From Eledone cirrhosa (Eukaryota), in NCBI GenBank assembly GCA_964016885.1, contig OZ024740.1, forward strand, positions 333,002,001 through 333,066,000: a stretch of DNA of 64,000 nucleotides, read 5' to 3'. The notes under the pieces are model-generated. The model did not search any database and was not told the origin of the DNA. It worked only from the letters and a program-made list of their open reading frames with translations. Made by a program: the position numbers and the translations under genes. Below, piece by piece: positions 27,460 through 41,713 of this stretch (position 1 is the first letter of the stretch; each line of letters starts with the position of its first letter).

Positions 27460-27548
27460 TTTCTACGTTAGGCACAAGGCCAGCAATTCACCAGTGCATT
27501 ACTGGTACTTTATTTTATCGACCCCCGTAAGGATGAAAGGCAAAGTCA
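27460..27548 (-). mobile_element. Octopus-type SINE 3' fragment
   Basis: Reverse-complement homolog of 34600-34720. Confidence 0.75.
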
Positions 27549-28359
27549 AATAAAGAAAGAAATAATGAACAAATGAATAAAGAAAGAAATCTATCTTTAG
27601 AGACCAATGTTTGGTATCTCGGCCTCTATACAAGGCAGGATTGCAGTGAGAAAATGTTTAAATCTTCAACTCCCTTTCGCCTTTACCATTTCTTGATGTG
27701 ATCCTTATTTTAATAAACCACACAAAAAAAACAATATATTCAACATGCATTGAATGCTCCAATGGTATATTATAATTGAGACTAATTTGAAACCATGTGG
27801 CTACGAATCTAATTCGTAATAACATTAACATGTTTCCACATTTGCGTTATTTTACTCTCTATCTCTCTCTACCTCTCTGTATATTTGGACGATTGACCTA
27901 AACAAATTGAGCTCAATATAGCTGAATAAGAATTGACATGACTTCAAAATATCCTTATTCCTCTTTATATATCCTCAAGGAAATGATAATGATTTTACAG
28001 TTAAGTGTAATTATCTCTAACTTGTTATGTGCATATTGTAGATTTTCTATCTGCGTTGACTAAGACTGATTATCTATCATATGTAGCAAGTAGTATACAA
28101 TTTGCTAATCTAAACATAACTCAGAAACCTAGTCTTCCCAATGCCAACATTTAGACTCCAACCTCACCAGTCAATATTTATAACAGCAAATTGATAGTAA
28201 ACAGCTATCCCTTAAACATTTAATTTAACGTTTCATCATCAATTTGATAGGATGTGCGTTGTATTTGATTTCATATATTATCGTTAAAAATACACACACT
28301 CCTTTGCAGGTTTCTTCTTTATAATCATGTCATTAGTAAGTATGTAAAAAATGTCCATC

Positions 28360-28700
28360 GTTTCCTTCCTGACATATTCTGAGCACATATCCTTAGAATT
28401 GGAGTTATGATCTCTCAATTCGGTAAAGTAGTGAATCTACGACTAGCGATTCTCTGATTTTTGAGCTACTCACTCTATTGATTAACGTATCTCCAAAGAT
28501 CCTTCAGAGCAATCCCATGTTGGTCTCTTGTATTCGGCACCCTATTCCTTCGGCCATTACCCAAGATTCATGATAATAGCACGTATATTGAATTAAAGAT
28601 AGCGAGTTTAGCTTTTAGAGCTACATCTGTTGTAATAGGCGTGAGTACAACCTGACGCGCTTAAAGTGAAATCAAGGAATATTAACGATATACTGCTTCA
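28360..28700 (-). mobile_element. RTE-clade LINE C-terminal fragment
   Basis: YHESWVM..RIQ..RIFGDTLINRVSSSKIRESL..LLYRIERS.L..GYVLRI. Same family as 33800-34255. Confidence 0.7.
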
Positions 28701-29287
28701 ACAAATCTTCGTCTACATGACAAAATACTCTGTTGAATCACATTAAATATATGAATGAGATTTCCTTAGATTCATATGCACACACAATTGTAAATTAACG
28801 AATATAATTCAGCTCTCATTACACATTTCTATCGATATAATGAGAATATGTACATATTGCTCTAATCAAATATCACACATTGCATTGTATTGACACATCA
28901 CCTGTTCCAGTTGAATTGAGTATTGAAACCTAGTCCACATGAAATTAATCTGCATATAAGGCTTCAAGGAAATCTTTTTCTTTCAAATAGTGGAAAGGTC
29001 TTGGCAGACTGAAACATCTAGTGTAAGTTAAATACACATAATTTCCATACATTGTCATATAGGATATACTTACTGTATATTGTTTTTTTCAGATATAAAT
29101 TTATTGTAGATAAAAATTACTTCAAATAGTAAAGTGTAGTTTCTTTGATAAATGTTTTTATTAGATAAATTAAGTAGTACTGTGTGATGCTTATATGTAC
29201 CAAGGAATGTACATGTTACTTACACACTAACAGACTATTTAATGAATGAAGACCACATTAATTCGAAACGATGATCTGAACATAATT

Positions 29288-29410
<123 letters not shown>

Positions 29411-29929
29411 TCATACATGAACTTTAGCTAATATAGCAAGAAATAAACTGAAACAGTGTCGAATATAAATCATATTTACATGAGATGACCTGGAGATATA
29501 CAGCAAAGCAACTACTTGGTTTAGCTTGCAAGGAAAGAAATAAAGTATAGAAGACAATGGATACTGAAGAGGAAATATAAGTATTCGTAACAAGTACATT
29601 ATAATTACAGCCCATTACAAAACTATATTTCAGGTCAGTGAAGACACATGCGCCCTTCATTGTCATTTAGAACGCGTATTTTACTAAATTATATTTGTGT
29701 CCCAAGTTCTACACATTAATTTTGAACAAATATTACAAAAGCATATAAGATACATGAAAACATGTTGGCAGATATTTGAAATGATCGAATTCAAAATAGA
29801 TTTAAATTCACTAATACTTAGAGGTATTGGGATGTATTATGTAATACCTATGTTCATGACAAGGAACACGTATAGGGCCCTGCCACTAAAATGTAAAAAG
29901 AGGCTGCGGATTTAGTAGTCGTAATTGAA

Positions 29930-30700
29930 TTAGAATTCGAAACGAAAAATGAAGAAACAGTTAAATTAATAACATATTTAATTGTATACGTCGAACATTT
30001 AACCACCATTTTCCCACAAGGCAACAGAATTGTGGCTGTTCAATAGATAAATTCCTGTCTGTTACAAGCCAAACGACAACTATTCGACCACACGGCTGTT
30101 ACCAGACACAGGGAGATATTTGAGAACATCCGCCAATTCAGTTACTCGGAACCACAACTTCGTTTACACCCATTGCGCACTCGTGCAGAAATAGTAATAT
30201 CTACAAAACGAATAAAGAAATTATTGTGGATATTTTTCATATATTATCCAAAAATAAAGTCACACCTAACACTTTAATCATTATATATTATCTATGCTTT
30301 CACACAAAACAGTGAAACAGAAAAACATAATTATTGTAGATAATATATTATATATTATGCCCCAACATAATGTGGAAAAAAAAATACCACTTCCCTCAAA
30401 TAACATCTTAACTATATTAACACTGTATCAACTAATCCCTTAAAAGCAGAAAATATTTTTACTACATATATTTTAATGGGGATGGTAGTTAACACCATAT
30501 CAGTGACAGAAGACTTAAATATGTGCTAATATTACTTCTCTCTTAAACCAACACAACATCGATATAATTCTAAAGTAATACAAAAAACCTAAATCAACTA
30601 TAACACATTTAAAATTAATAATACCAATTTTAACACAATTAATTAATCAGTTGAAACTAAAAAAATAATATATCAGACATATATCAACAAATGCTTTTAC
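29930..30700 (+). repeat. Old dispersed repeat (possibly PLE-derived); diverged inverted homolog at ~32950-33700 and partial copy at ~35060-35135
   Basis: Shared collinear blocks, e.g. CTTAACTATATTAACACTGTATCAACTAATC vs the reverse-complement CTTAGCTATATTAACACTACATCAATTAATC, and ACATCGATATAA..AATACAA..CAACTAT. Confidence 0.6.
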
Positions 30701-30758
30701 TTCTATTTTAAACATACATAGATAAAGAGAAAGAAACACACACACATATATATATATA

Positions 30759-30759
<1 letters not shown>

Positions 30760-30805
<46 letters not shown>

Positions 30806-30809
30806 GTGC

Positions 30810-30840
<31 letters not shown>

Positions 30841-30869
30841 CGTGCGTGTGTGCGCATGCGTGTGTGCGC

Positions 30870-30930
<61 letters not shown>
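30760..30930. repeat. (TG)n/(TGCG)n microsatellite
   Basis: Seen directly. Confidence 0.97.
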
Positions 30931-30931
<1 letters not shown>

Positions 30932-31337
30932 CTGCTTGCACCTGTGTTTGTGTGTCTATGTATGTATACTTTCATATATGCATTTTAAATAGAAAAGTGC
31001 CCGTTTGCTTATTAGAAATATAAAATTTTGAATAAAAACACAATAATAAACTGTATTGAATGCTCGTTCAGTTAATGTTCCAATTTATTAAAAAACTAAA
31101 GATTGTTAGTACATGTGAAGTAATTTTAATATATATCGTAGTTTCAAGCTTTACTGATATGTGGCATCAAAGTCCATTTTGAAAATCTCTGGAGCAATGG
31201 TACTCGTTTTAGAAGGAATTAATTGTCGAAGCGTTAATATAGGCATGACGCTATTTGAGAGAGACAAAATCATATACTTTTTTAAAAAATTATGTTTATT
31301 ATTGGTATGGTAATTTTGTTTGAAAGCTATTTACTTG

Positions 31338-31397
<60 letters not shown>

Positions 31398-31461
31398 TAA
31401 AATAACAGATTAAAGTTTAAGCAAAGAATCGCTGCTTTCACCGTTAACGGGATCTTCTGAA

Positions 31462-31776
31462 ACTAACAAACTCAATCTGTGAACGCAGAAGTGAATATTT
31501 CAAAAAACGTTGCAACCGGAGGAAGACAGGAAGACGATACTTTGGTATGTTTATCGATAAGGATAAATATATATCAAATATATAGAACCGTAGAGCAAAT
31601 ATGTCTTTGCTTGTAATTGTTTTTCACCGCTCCAACTAATGATGTATTATATTCGTTTTTTCCCGTTCTTTGTCAGGGAACGTTTTCACGAACCAAAGTA
31701 TCGTCTTCCTGTCTTCCTCCGATTGCAACGTTTTTTGAAATATTCAATTCTGCGTTCACAGATTGAGTTTGTTAGT
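31462..31776. repeat. 85-bp inverted repeat (31462-31546 / 31692-31776); MITE or inverted pseudo-LTR
   Basis: The arms are reverse complements with about 2 mismatches. The right arm abuts (TA)n. Confidence 0.85.
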
Positions 31777-33799
31777 ATATATATATATATATTTCGTCTA
31801 TACAGCTTTTGGATAGATATTAATTAATGTCAAAAGGGTTAGATTTAGATAACTAATTTGTGTTGTATAAGCTATGAAAGATAACTATCGTTCATTCTTC
31901 ATTTATATTTCGATGTTATGATTATTGGAAGTTCAATGTATGTTCGAATGCACTGGATGTAAAAGATTGTTTTACAGAGCAAGTGAATTTGGAAGCTCTC
32001 TGATCTCGTAACAGCTGTTGGTTAGACTAGTTAATATTTGGCTTGCGGCAGCATGCTGGTTCGATTTTGAACGGATGCAGGTGTTTGGCATGTAGCAGTG
32101 TGGTGATAAATATAAATGTTCATCGACTATAGCAAAATAGTTTCTAATTAATCTAATTCTGTTGGTACATTTTATTTTCTAATTCTAAATTGCTTTGTGT
32201 CTTTTTGAGTTAAATTTTCATATATATAAGGACCTGCATTTGGTTCATAGCGAGCTTTGGTTAACTTTGTTTCAACAGAGAGTTAATTTAATGTTTTATT
32301 CTGAATTATCTTTTATTTAGAAGGCTTCTAGATTTGTTATTTCCCGATTCAGTTAAATTTAGTTTAATTCTATCACGGGGGACTCTGCTCTTTGGGATGT
32401 CTGTCGACAGCGATGGAGTATGACGGTTGTTGTTTAATATCTTGTAGTTTTAAGATTAACACACCGTAGATCATATGATGGTAATTTATCTGGTGTCCAC
32501 AACTTCACGAGGAAAACGAGTATGAAACACAAGAGTGCCAGTGTAGTTTGTTTTTATGACTTTGTTGTCTTGAGATGTTTACAATTCGTTTAGATGTGTT
32601 TCTTGTGCTATTGACACACGAAATGCTTTGTAGCTTATTTACTTGTGGTGAACTGGTTTATTGTGTTAAAGGTCATGCTTCGTGGTTGAGTAATTGTATT
32701 CATGTTGTAGGCATTAGTTGTCAGATTGGTTTATGATAGTATATATAATAGTATCATGATTCCTTCTGGAATAATATCCCCGTTTGAAAGTCTCTGGTTT
32801 TTACGGTGCTTTTTTCCATATGATTACTTTGATCAATGTTAAGATTTAGTGAGGGTTTGATTTCCTTTGCTTATCTCATTCTAATGTATGTTTAATATAG
32901 AAATATTTTTTGTTTTGTTTTGGAAGGTATAATAGGTTGTATGCATTAAACTTTATATAATAATATATGTGTTTAGTGTTCTGCTATGAATATGATGTTT
33001 TGTTTAATGATATGATTAACAGGATTAATTAATTGTTTTAAATCTGCTATTAGTAGCTGAGTAACTGTATACTATTTGAGAAGTCATAGTTGGCATATGT
33101 TTGTTGTATTTCTTTAACTTTATATCGATGTCGTGGGACGTTACGCGAAACGTAATCTTCATAAATATTGTAACGTCGTTCATCTGACACCGTGTTGAAA
33201 AGTCTCTAGTACGACGACTATCTATCTTGAAGCGATTAATTGATGTAGTGTTAATATAGCTAAGCGATATTTGTGGGACGCATAATGTTTTACTGTTTTA
33301 AAATATGTTTAATTTTGTTACATTTTGGTTTGTCTGAAAGGTATAATACATATTTGGAATAATTTCTTATTTCGTCTACATTACTTTGTGTATTAGTATA
33401 GGCATTATATGTATTTTAAATTGTTAGGTTATGGTAATAGAATTTGTATAATCTATGGAAGATATCTATCGTTCATGTTTCATTTACTTTATGGGTTTTA
33501 TGATCGACCTAAAAGAAATAGTTTCTCAAAGCAGGTGAAATGCCACAGTTTCGATTACGACCATGGGTGGAAGTATTCGTGTATTTTGCTTTGTGTCAGC
33601 GTGGTTTATGTTCAACGCATTCAGGTAAATATTCCAATATAGTTGAGCTTGTTCATTTCCGTTTCCAATTCTAATGTTTTGAGTATCTTTTTAAGTTCAT
33701 CGATCACGCGATGCAGTGCAACGTGTATTGGGCGGTTAAATACGTTTCATCGCTAGTTCTGAATGTAATGATTTGTTCCGAATCGTTACTCTAATGGGT

Positions 33800-34255
33800 T
33801 TATGAGAAGTAACAGCTCTGTCTTGAGTAGACACTCAGATCTCTGAGCTACGCACTCTATCGAGTAACGTTACTCCATTTCGGACGAACTCAATTTCGGC
33901 CGCTTGTATTTGCGATCGTTTTCTTTCGGTTATTACCCATGATTCATGACCACAGGTAAGGGGTGGCACGAATCCCGAACTGAAGATAGAAAAATTGGCT
34001 TTTACGCCTACCTCCATTCTTCTGATTACTGAATGTTGAAGCTGGCGCAGTATGGCGCAGACTCCTGTAATTGCAGACGATTCCGCCTCCAGCCTTCCAC
34101 AACTGGTGAACACGGCTCTGCGTTACTTGAAATGTTCTACCTGCTTCAGTGGATTTCCCATTACATGTAGACTGAACAGGGCAGGCTTTCTTGAGCGGAC
34201 TAGCGTTGCAGTTTTCGCAACACTCATTTTCATTTCATCCATGCAGCACTCGTTA
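33800..34255 (-). mobile_element. RTE-clade (Expander/Rex3-like) LINE fragment
   Basis: MKMSVAKT, LKQVEHFK, VFTSCGR, FVPPLTCGHESWVITERKRSQIQAAE, GVTLLDRVRSSEI. Confidence 0.82.
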
Positions 34256-34502
34256 TCAAACTTAAATTTTATTTTTTCATTTATGTGAGAGAGTAAGTTT
34301 TGTAATGCATTGAAGACTACCTCTGCATAAGTTTTTTTAAAAATTATTACCTCGAAGTTCAAAAATTAAACGTTCCCTATAATGCGTATTTCTCCTGCAT
34401 CTACGACGTTTGACAGAACCGTGATATTGATGAGTGAGGCATGAAGAGGTTTTTCTTCATAGTACCAGTATAGTTGGTTGGGCTTTGATATATTTTCGTT
34501 CT

Positions 34503-34722
34503 AAGGCCGGTGGATTGACAGTATCGGTAGAGTGTCGGATGCCATGCTTTGCAGCATAGAGTTGCGGTCCTTTATGATCTGAACTCAAATCCTGCCGAGG
34601 TTAACTTTGCCTTTCACCCTTACGGGGTCAATAAAAGATAGTACCAGTCAAGTACTGGGGTCGATTTAATCGACTTTCCGCTCCCCAAAAATTGCTGGCC
34701 TTGTGCCTATATAAGAAACCAA
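34503..34722 (+). mobile_element. Near full-length octopus-type tRNA-derived SINE
   Basis: A-box-like TTGACAGTATCGG and B-box-like GAACTCAAATCC. Core GCCGAGGTTAACTTTGCCTTTCA..GGGGTC..AGTACCAG. Tail GCTGGCCTTGTGCC. Homologs at 38628 and 27460. Confidence 0.85.
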
Positions 34723-35442
34723 TATATTGTATTTCTATGAGTTGTTTCATTTTGGGTTATAATTCTTTCTTTGTGTTTCAGGAATAATAGCAGTGTAGTT
34801 GGTTGTGTCTTATTACATAATTGTCATTGTATGAGTTTTCTTTTAAATTTTGGTTTTATTATATGTTTTGAATTTCAGGAATTGTTGATCACACATGAAA
34901 TATTTGCTGGTACAAATGCTTGCGGGGAACATTGATGCATTGTGTTAAGTTCGTGTTTTGTATTTGTTGTGTACGTGTGGCTGAGTGTTTTTCGTAGCAA
35001 GAGAAAACTTTCTATCTATTTATTACAGTTTAATGCCTCTCAAACTGTCTTGACTATGATCCCATACAAAAGTCTCTAGTACGAAGCGTTTCTCTCTTGA
35101 ACAGATTTTGCGGTGTAGTGTTAGTATAGCTATTTTTCTTATTGAGTGTCGGTAGAATTTCTATTATTATCGATAACGAATGACTGATATAGTTATAAAT
35201 TGTTTGCTGGGATGGGTATAATATTTTGAATGCATTAAAATTCCATTCCTATTTTTCTATTCTGATTAATTTAATATGGATGTGATAACTTATTGAATGG
35301 GCAGTCGAGGATTATTACGTTGAAGTTGGTAAAGAGTAGTCGGGTTATTATATTTTAATTGATAAGTCATATTACGTCCATGCTTGTTGAATTCCTTTAC
35401 ATTTTGGTCGATGTTTGGTGAGGTTAATAAAAGTAATCTTCA

Positions 35443-35509
<67 letters not shown>

Positions 35510-35519
35510 CACAGACGCG

Positions 35520-35566
<47 letters not shown>

Positions 35567-35578
35567 ATATATATATAT

Positions 35579-35658
35579 GGTGGCTGCCAACTCGTTTTCG
35601 AGTACGGCCACTACTTTATATCCATGTAGGAGAACCCCGACCGATGCGCTGAACGAGT
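35579..35658 (-). mobile_element. 80-bp terminal fragment of the 9131/10373 retroposon, in (TA)n
   Basis: Near-identical to 9131-9210. Confidence 0.85.
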
Positions 35659-35899
35659 AATATATATAATATATATGCGCGCGTGTCTGTGGTGTGTGTG
35701 TGTCTGTGCTTATTTATATATGTACATACGTATATATATGCTGAAATTCAGATTTATTATTAAAAAAGGAAACCGCAAACTTGGAGTAGACTGTCACTTT
35801 GAGAATTTCCGATCGTCTGTGCTTTTGACGAGTACATTTTCATATTGGCTTTATATACGATATATGAATACTTTCCCATATATACCATATATGAATACT

Positions 35900-36700
35900 T
35901 TCACCAGTGTTTAAGTACAAAATTGCTATTTCGGATGGGATTCATCATTATGAATACTCGAAAAATCAATACCGGTACGGATCCGGATTTTGGTCCATTG
36001 GGTAAAGGAGAAGATACGAATGCACATACCGGTAAGGGACGATACATTTCTATCATAAATCCCCAGAAATAAATATATGAAATGAAATCTAGAATAAGTG
36101 GAGAGATTATTAGGAATTACTTTGGTCAAATTCCCTGGAAATAATATTAAACCGACACAAAAAGAGACTAAGCAACAAATAGGAGGGAGAAATTGGCATG
36201 ATACAATCTTTGCAGGAGGAGAGGAAATCAGTTTAAGACAATAGCAAGAAATACAGAGGGATGAAGAATGATTATGAAAGATAGTTTGAGAAAGAGAAAG
36301 AGAGAGCGAGAATCACAGCAGATGGAGTAAACAGCAGTTTCGATTTCAAACATTGGTGGTGTTGGTTTAAAAAATAAGCTATGTCTATTAAGAATTGGGA
36401 TACCGAGACGAATACATTGAGAAATATTGCTCAACATCTGTGTAGTAGGAAGTTGTGTAGATTAGGGAGATTAAAAAATAGTAGTATTCTGCCATGGTAC
36501 CAATAATATGTAAAGAGACAGTGGTATTCGAGATAAAAATATAATTGATATTGGGCAACGAACCAACGGTAATGATCGGATATGTTCGCGTCGATGGTGA
36601 AGGAAACAAGAAGAAACATGTACATATAAATGCAGTCGTGTGAACAATCACTATAGAATTTAGGGTGTTGATCAATTCAAATCAGAAGATCATAAGTGAA
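35900..36700 (+). mobile_element. Possible very old L1-type LINE 3' region
   Basis: Only scattered, stop-riddled motifs (IPWK, LPWYQ, CSR..H..C). Weak support. Confidence 0.25.
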
Positions 36701-38159
36701 CATGGTCATAGTTTTAAATTAATGAAATTTTAAGTGAAGTATATGTATTACGATGTGTCAATGCACTATCTCGTGGTCCTCGTTATAACTACGGGTATCA
36801 CACGATATATCCCAAATCATTTAAATATTAAGTAATGTAAATCTATTCTAAATGTTTGCCAACAAGCTTTCACCCGTCTTATATGCTTTTGTAATATTTC
36901 TTCACAAGGAATTCATGCTCTGTAGACAAGTTTGGACAGAAATATAACATACTAAAAATTGCGCGTTAAATAATATTGAAAGAAACGTATTGCGTGTCTT
37001 CATTAATCTAAAAGTTAGATTTAAATCAAATGAAATTATAATGTATTTGTTACGAATTGTCATATTTATTCTTAAATTTCATTGTCTTCTATACTCGATT
37101 TCATTCCTGATAAGGTAAATCTAAATTTACGAGCAAGCACTAACCTGCATACAAATGAAGTTGATTTGGTGTATTTTTACTTATATTGGCTAAATTTCAT
37201 GTTCTGTGCGTGAGTTCAGATCACCGTCTCGGAGGATTGTTAACTGTGGCAGATATAAGTGATAATTAAAACATTAAAAAAAATGTTGTTTCTCAATTAT
37301 TTCAACTTAATCATTAAGAGATAATTCCAAAAACCCATCCTTAATCTCCTTATCTTTTCCTGTACATCCACCTCACTTACTATTCATCTTGCCACCATCC
37401 ACTACCGACTACTTCTTTCTTATCCCCCACCTTCTTTTTTTCTTATTCTTCTCTTTATTTTTGCATTTGGTTCCTTCTTTTTCTTTATATTTCTTTCCTT
37501 TTCTTTCTCTTTTTTCTTTTTTCCTCTGTTCGTTTTTCATCACCCTCTCGTCATACCTTTTGTATTCTCCTTCCATCTACTTCACCTTTACACAATTGCC
37601 CAATACACCACGTAACTCACAACTCGCTCCTCTTAAATCACCCATTCCAGCATCCATTCCGAGAAAGCTATAAATACGCAAAATTGATTCTATTCATGAT
37701 TTCTATCGAATGAAAGAGGTGCAGTTCTGAGGTCGTTATTTAAAAAAGGAGAAAGTTAAGGTTAGTTTTGGAATATTTGTTGATAGAAATGTATGTTATT
37801 GATATTGGTTTGGGAGGGGAATTGAGTTGATCATGCTAGCTCACATATTTACTTCCCTACATATAAACATACATACAGCCCACATACACACATACATGCA
37901 TACATACATACACATGCATACACATATCTGTACACTTACAGACATTCATACGCACATATACATGCATACATATCTACACACACATATCTACTAAAGTATT
38001 TACGTTCACACATACATTGGGGGGGGGGGGGGGGGCTAGTGAAATGGTAGTGTACTGCCGAGGGTTGTTCTTCTCTTCAATGTTCAAATGTTTGAAAGTG
38101 TGTGTGTCATGCAATTCTATTTAAAAAAAAAGAGAGAATCCCGTTATTGGAAGATGGAC

Positions 38160-38600
38160 TATTTGTGTTACGTTCAGTAGCAGTTCGTACTTTCTAATGA
38201 AGCATTTTTCTTTATATTTCCGGAAATGTTCGTTGTCCGACCATATCTTAAAGAAGGGAAAGATTGTGAATTTTCACTTTCCACAGGAGGCGAAGTGTTC
38301 ACTGCATGTGGTGTTTCTGAAAGAGGGGTCTCTAATTATTTCTTTATGTGGACGAACTCTGTCTTGTACACCCGTCCGGTTTCACCAATGTAGTATTATT
38401 TACATCATGAGCAGGTTGCACAGTGAATTAGAAATTCATGTTTGCATTAACTTTGAAAAATTAATTGTTTTAAAAGTAGATTTGCACACCCTCTTCACTG
38501 TATTCACAAGTTCCGCACCGAGGGTCTCCGCATTTCATAACTTGCATTGTTTCATTGTCAGACGTAAATTTTGCCTTGGTGAACAGTTTTATAGGGCGGG
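38160..38600 (-). mobile_element. PLE GIY-YIG endonuclease fragment
   Basis: [49 protein letters not shown]. Confidence 0.75.
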
Positions 38601-38627
38601 TCCTTGGCGACTACTATATATTTTTTA

Positions 38628-38815
38628 TGAGGGCAGATTGGTAGTATCGGTAGAGAGTCGGACACCATGCTTTGAAGCATAGAGTTACGTCCCTTTATGA
38701 TCTGAGTTCAAATCCCGCCGAGGTTAACTTTGCCTTTCATCCTTACGGGGTCGATAAAATAAAGTACCAGTAATGTACTGGATAATGGCTGGCCTTGTGC
38801 CAAAAATAGAAATAA
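38628..38815 (+). mobile_element. Octopus-type SINE
   Basis: Homolog of 34503-34722 with B box GAGTTCAAATCC. Confidence 0.85.
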
Positions 38816-38849
38816 TTATTTATGAGTCTTTTATGAGTGCATTCATTAT

Positions 38850-39010
38850 GGAGAACTGCTGGACATCGGCCAGCGACACCCGCTTCAACAACCAACCCCT
38901 ATCGCAGGGTTTGCTGAAGTTCAGACTTTACAGAATAGCTCGGCTGTCTGAGATCCGTCTATACGGCAACCGGTGTAAAGAGGAAGCGGCCGGACAAGCT
39001 ACGGCAATTG
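38850..39010 (+). mobile_element. Possible RTE APE endonuclease N-terminal fragment
   Basis: IARLSEIRLYGNRCKEE resembles the RTE IAALSETRL.G.G..EE motif. Confidence 0.35.
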
Positions 39011-40511
39011 CTTGCCTTCCTGTCCTTTTCATTGAGGTACCGGAATTTGTGGCCGAGGTGACTAAGTTGGAGACATAGATAATTTCACAGCATTTTGCCT
39101 TAGTTTATTGAATTTGAAGGTAGTCTAAGTAAAATAATCTTAATGCAGTGTATGTGCTTAGTCCTGTCTGTTCAGTTCATTTGCCATGATAGTATGCTTA
39201 TTCGACCGTGTTAATATAATCAATTCATTAATTAATTAGTAGTGATAACACATTAAAACCACATTAACTCTAGAATACATCCCAACACGCGACGGAACTT
39301 GTGATGGCACCAAGTGCTGCGAATAGCGTACCGCCTGCAAATGTAGTTACGCATCTAATTAAACACACACACGCACGCACAGAGACACACTTATATGTTG
39401 ATTTATTGACTGTGTTCGAAGTTCTTGTAGTTCAAAATCCATCAGACATCTCTGCATTTCCTGGCTCCACCTTGAACTTCACACCTTTCTGTTTCGTTTA
39501 ATGTGCCATAATTTTCCCTCTAATCTCTTTTGCTTAGTCAACATTAGTATCATTCTGTAATATTTGTCGTCTTCATTTGCATTTCACGTTCGTAACCTAG
39601 GTGTTTTTCTCACTTTCTCCTCAAATAAAATAACGTTGCCTGAGCGTATGTCCCCGCTGTATCTCTTGTTTCATCCGTATCATAATTTAAAATAACCCGA
39701 CTATAACATCAGCCAGTTTGATGTGAATAATACTGAGCAGCACCACACTACTATCTACATGTTCAGTTGTTTCATCTCGTTATATTCACTGCAAGAAGTG
39801 AGGTTATTTATAAAACAGGTCTGTGTAGGAATCGTTGCTTGAAAATGTAACGAAATTGCTGTATGAGCAATGTTCATGTGGCATGTAATTTTTAATCACA
39901 TTCTCACTGCATAAGAGAAAATAAAACCTTTGACAAGTTGATTGTTTGTGTTTCTCTCCTGATTGCTCGGGCTTATCATCAAAGACGTTCCAGACATGAT
40001 CATGGAATTTTGTCGGATATAGTTTATTTAGTACATCATGTGATTGAACGAGAATGGAATGCTATATCTAGTATATATAGTAAATATGTAGTACATTGTT
40101 AGTCCATGTTAATCGCCAGCTCCACTATATTGTCTACAAATATATGTTTATTCAAGTGTTAAGAACATTTGAAATTTACCAATCGCATGCGACAAATTAT
40201 TCGTGGAAAATATTATCCTTGTCTCTCCTTCTGAAAGTAATCTAATGTATTAGTAAATTACATGTTTCAATCATGAGTCATGAATGGGAGGGTGTGTAAC
40301 AACTCCAGTAAAATTAAAAGATTATCACATTATAGCGGAGATTCAAACACCTATGGAAGAATTGCTTCATGACACATTTCACCACGTAACACCTATAGAT
40401 GATCTCTGAGAATAAACATTAAACAAAATTAATAAGAACATTAATATTTGTGGAAATGGATATACTACCTATTATATCATCATACTTTAACTGATATGTT
40501 ACTCTTCCATT

Positions 40512-40608
40512 CTTAATATATATTATTATTTGTATAGGGTTATATAGCTTAATATATATTATTATTTGTATAGGGTTATATAGCTTAATATATATTATTA
40601 TTTGTATA
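40512..40608 (+). repeat. 36-bp tandem repeat x ~2.7
   Basis: Exact copies of CTTAATATATATTATTATTTGTATAGGGTTATATAG. Confidence 0.93.
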
Positions 40609-41623
40609 ATGCACAGAGGAATTGATGGGTATAGCAAATACGTATGAATTGTTATATATTGATCATTCATGGCAGTACTAAAATATATTCACTATATTAA
40701 CAATTTCTGGTATGTATCATTCATTAATATGAAACAATGAATTCTTTTATCTCTTCAATTGCGATTCGGGGAAGTGAAGTTGAGACAAATATGCATTAGA
40801 TTAAATAACTACAAATCCGTCTTTAATTCAACTTATACAGCATCTATCATGTCTCTCTTTCTTTCTCTTAGTATTCACACATACTTACAAACACAAATAG
40901 CTGTGTATATATGAAATATGAAGATGGGTAAATAAAAACATGTCATTCTCTTATATCCATCTTCTCCCTCATTCATTTTCCGCCGTTTATCATACAATAT
41001 CATGCGATAAGCGAATGTATCATTATTGTAGAGTAATGTTCTGCGGATCCTTTCCTTATCTCCTTTACTAATATGTATGTATTAACTTGATGTCTTCCAT
41101 ATCATTATCTTCGCTCTATCTGTAGTTATGCAATTTTGGACAACTCCAAAGAGGATCTGTTTACGAGGTGCAGCATCAGTGAGACTGAGTCATTATTTTA
41201 TGCAATCCCAACTTAGATAGCCAGGTCATATTCTCCGCATCACTGACGCAGCGCACCCAAAAGTAGGTACTATCATAACAGTCAACTTCATTGTGGCACA
41301 CGTAATATAGGCAGACCATTCTCAGATATAGACAAACTGAAGTACAATCAGAAATCTGTAAACATACCTTTTCTTTTCAAGTCCCCGCTGCTAACCGCGG
41401 GGAAAATGGCAAACTGTCTACCATGGAGGTATATGAACATTTGAAAATATTATCTGGTCCCCGCACTAAATGCCGCTTCGTGTGTAAATAAGCTTCTGCT
41501 ATGAAGTGCCATTTAAAACATGATCATAAGAAAAATGAAACGAGAAGATTGTTAAACCGCCATACGACGGGAGATTAAACATATAATACAAGTATAACAT
41601 TATCTATCTTGTAAAATACACAA

Positions 41624-41713
<90 letters not shown>

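Noticed and set aside
28904-28929. GTTCCAGTTGAATTGAGTATTGAAAC resembles a CRISPR repeat ending in ATTGAAAC
   Set aside because: Single occurrence, with no array or cas genes.
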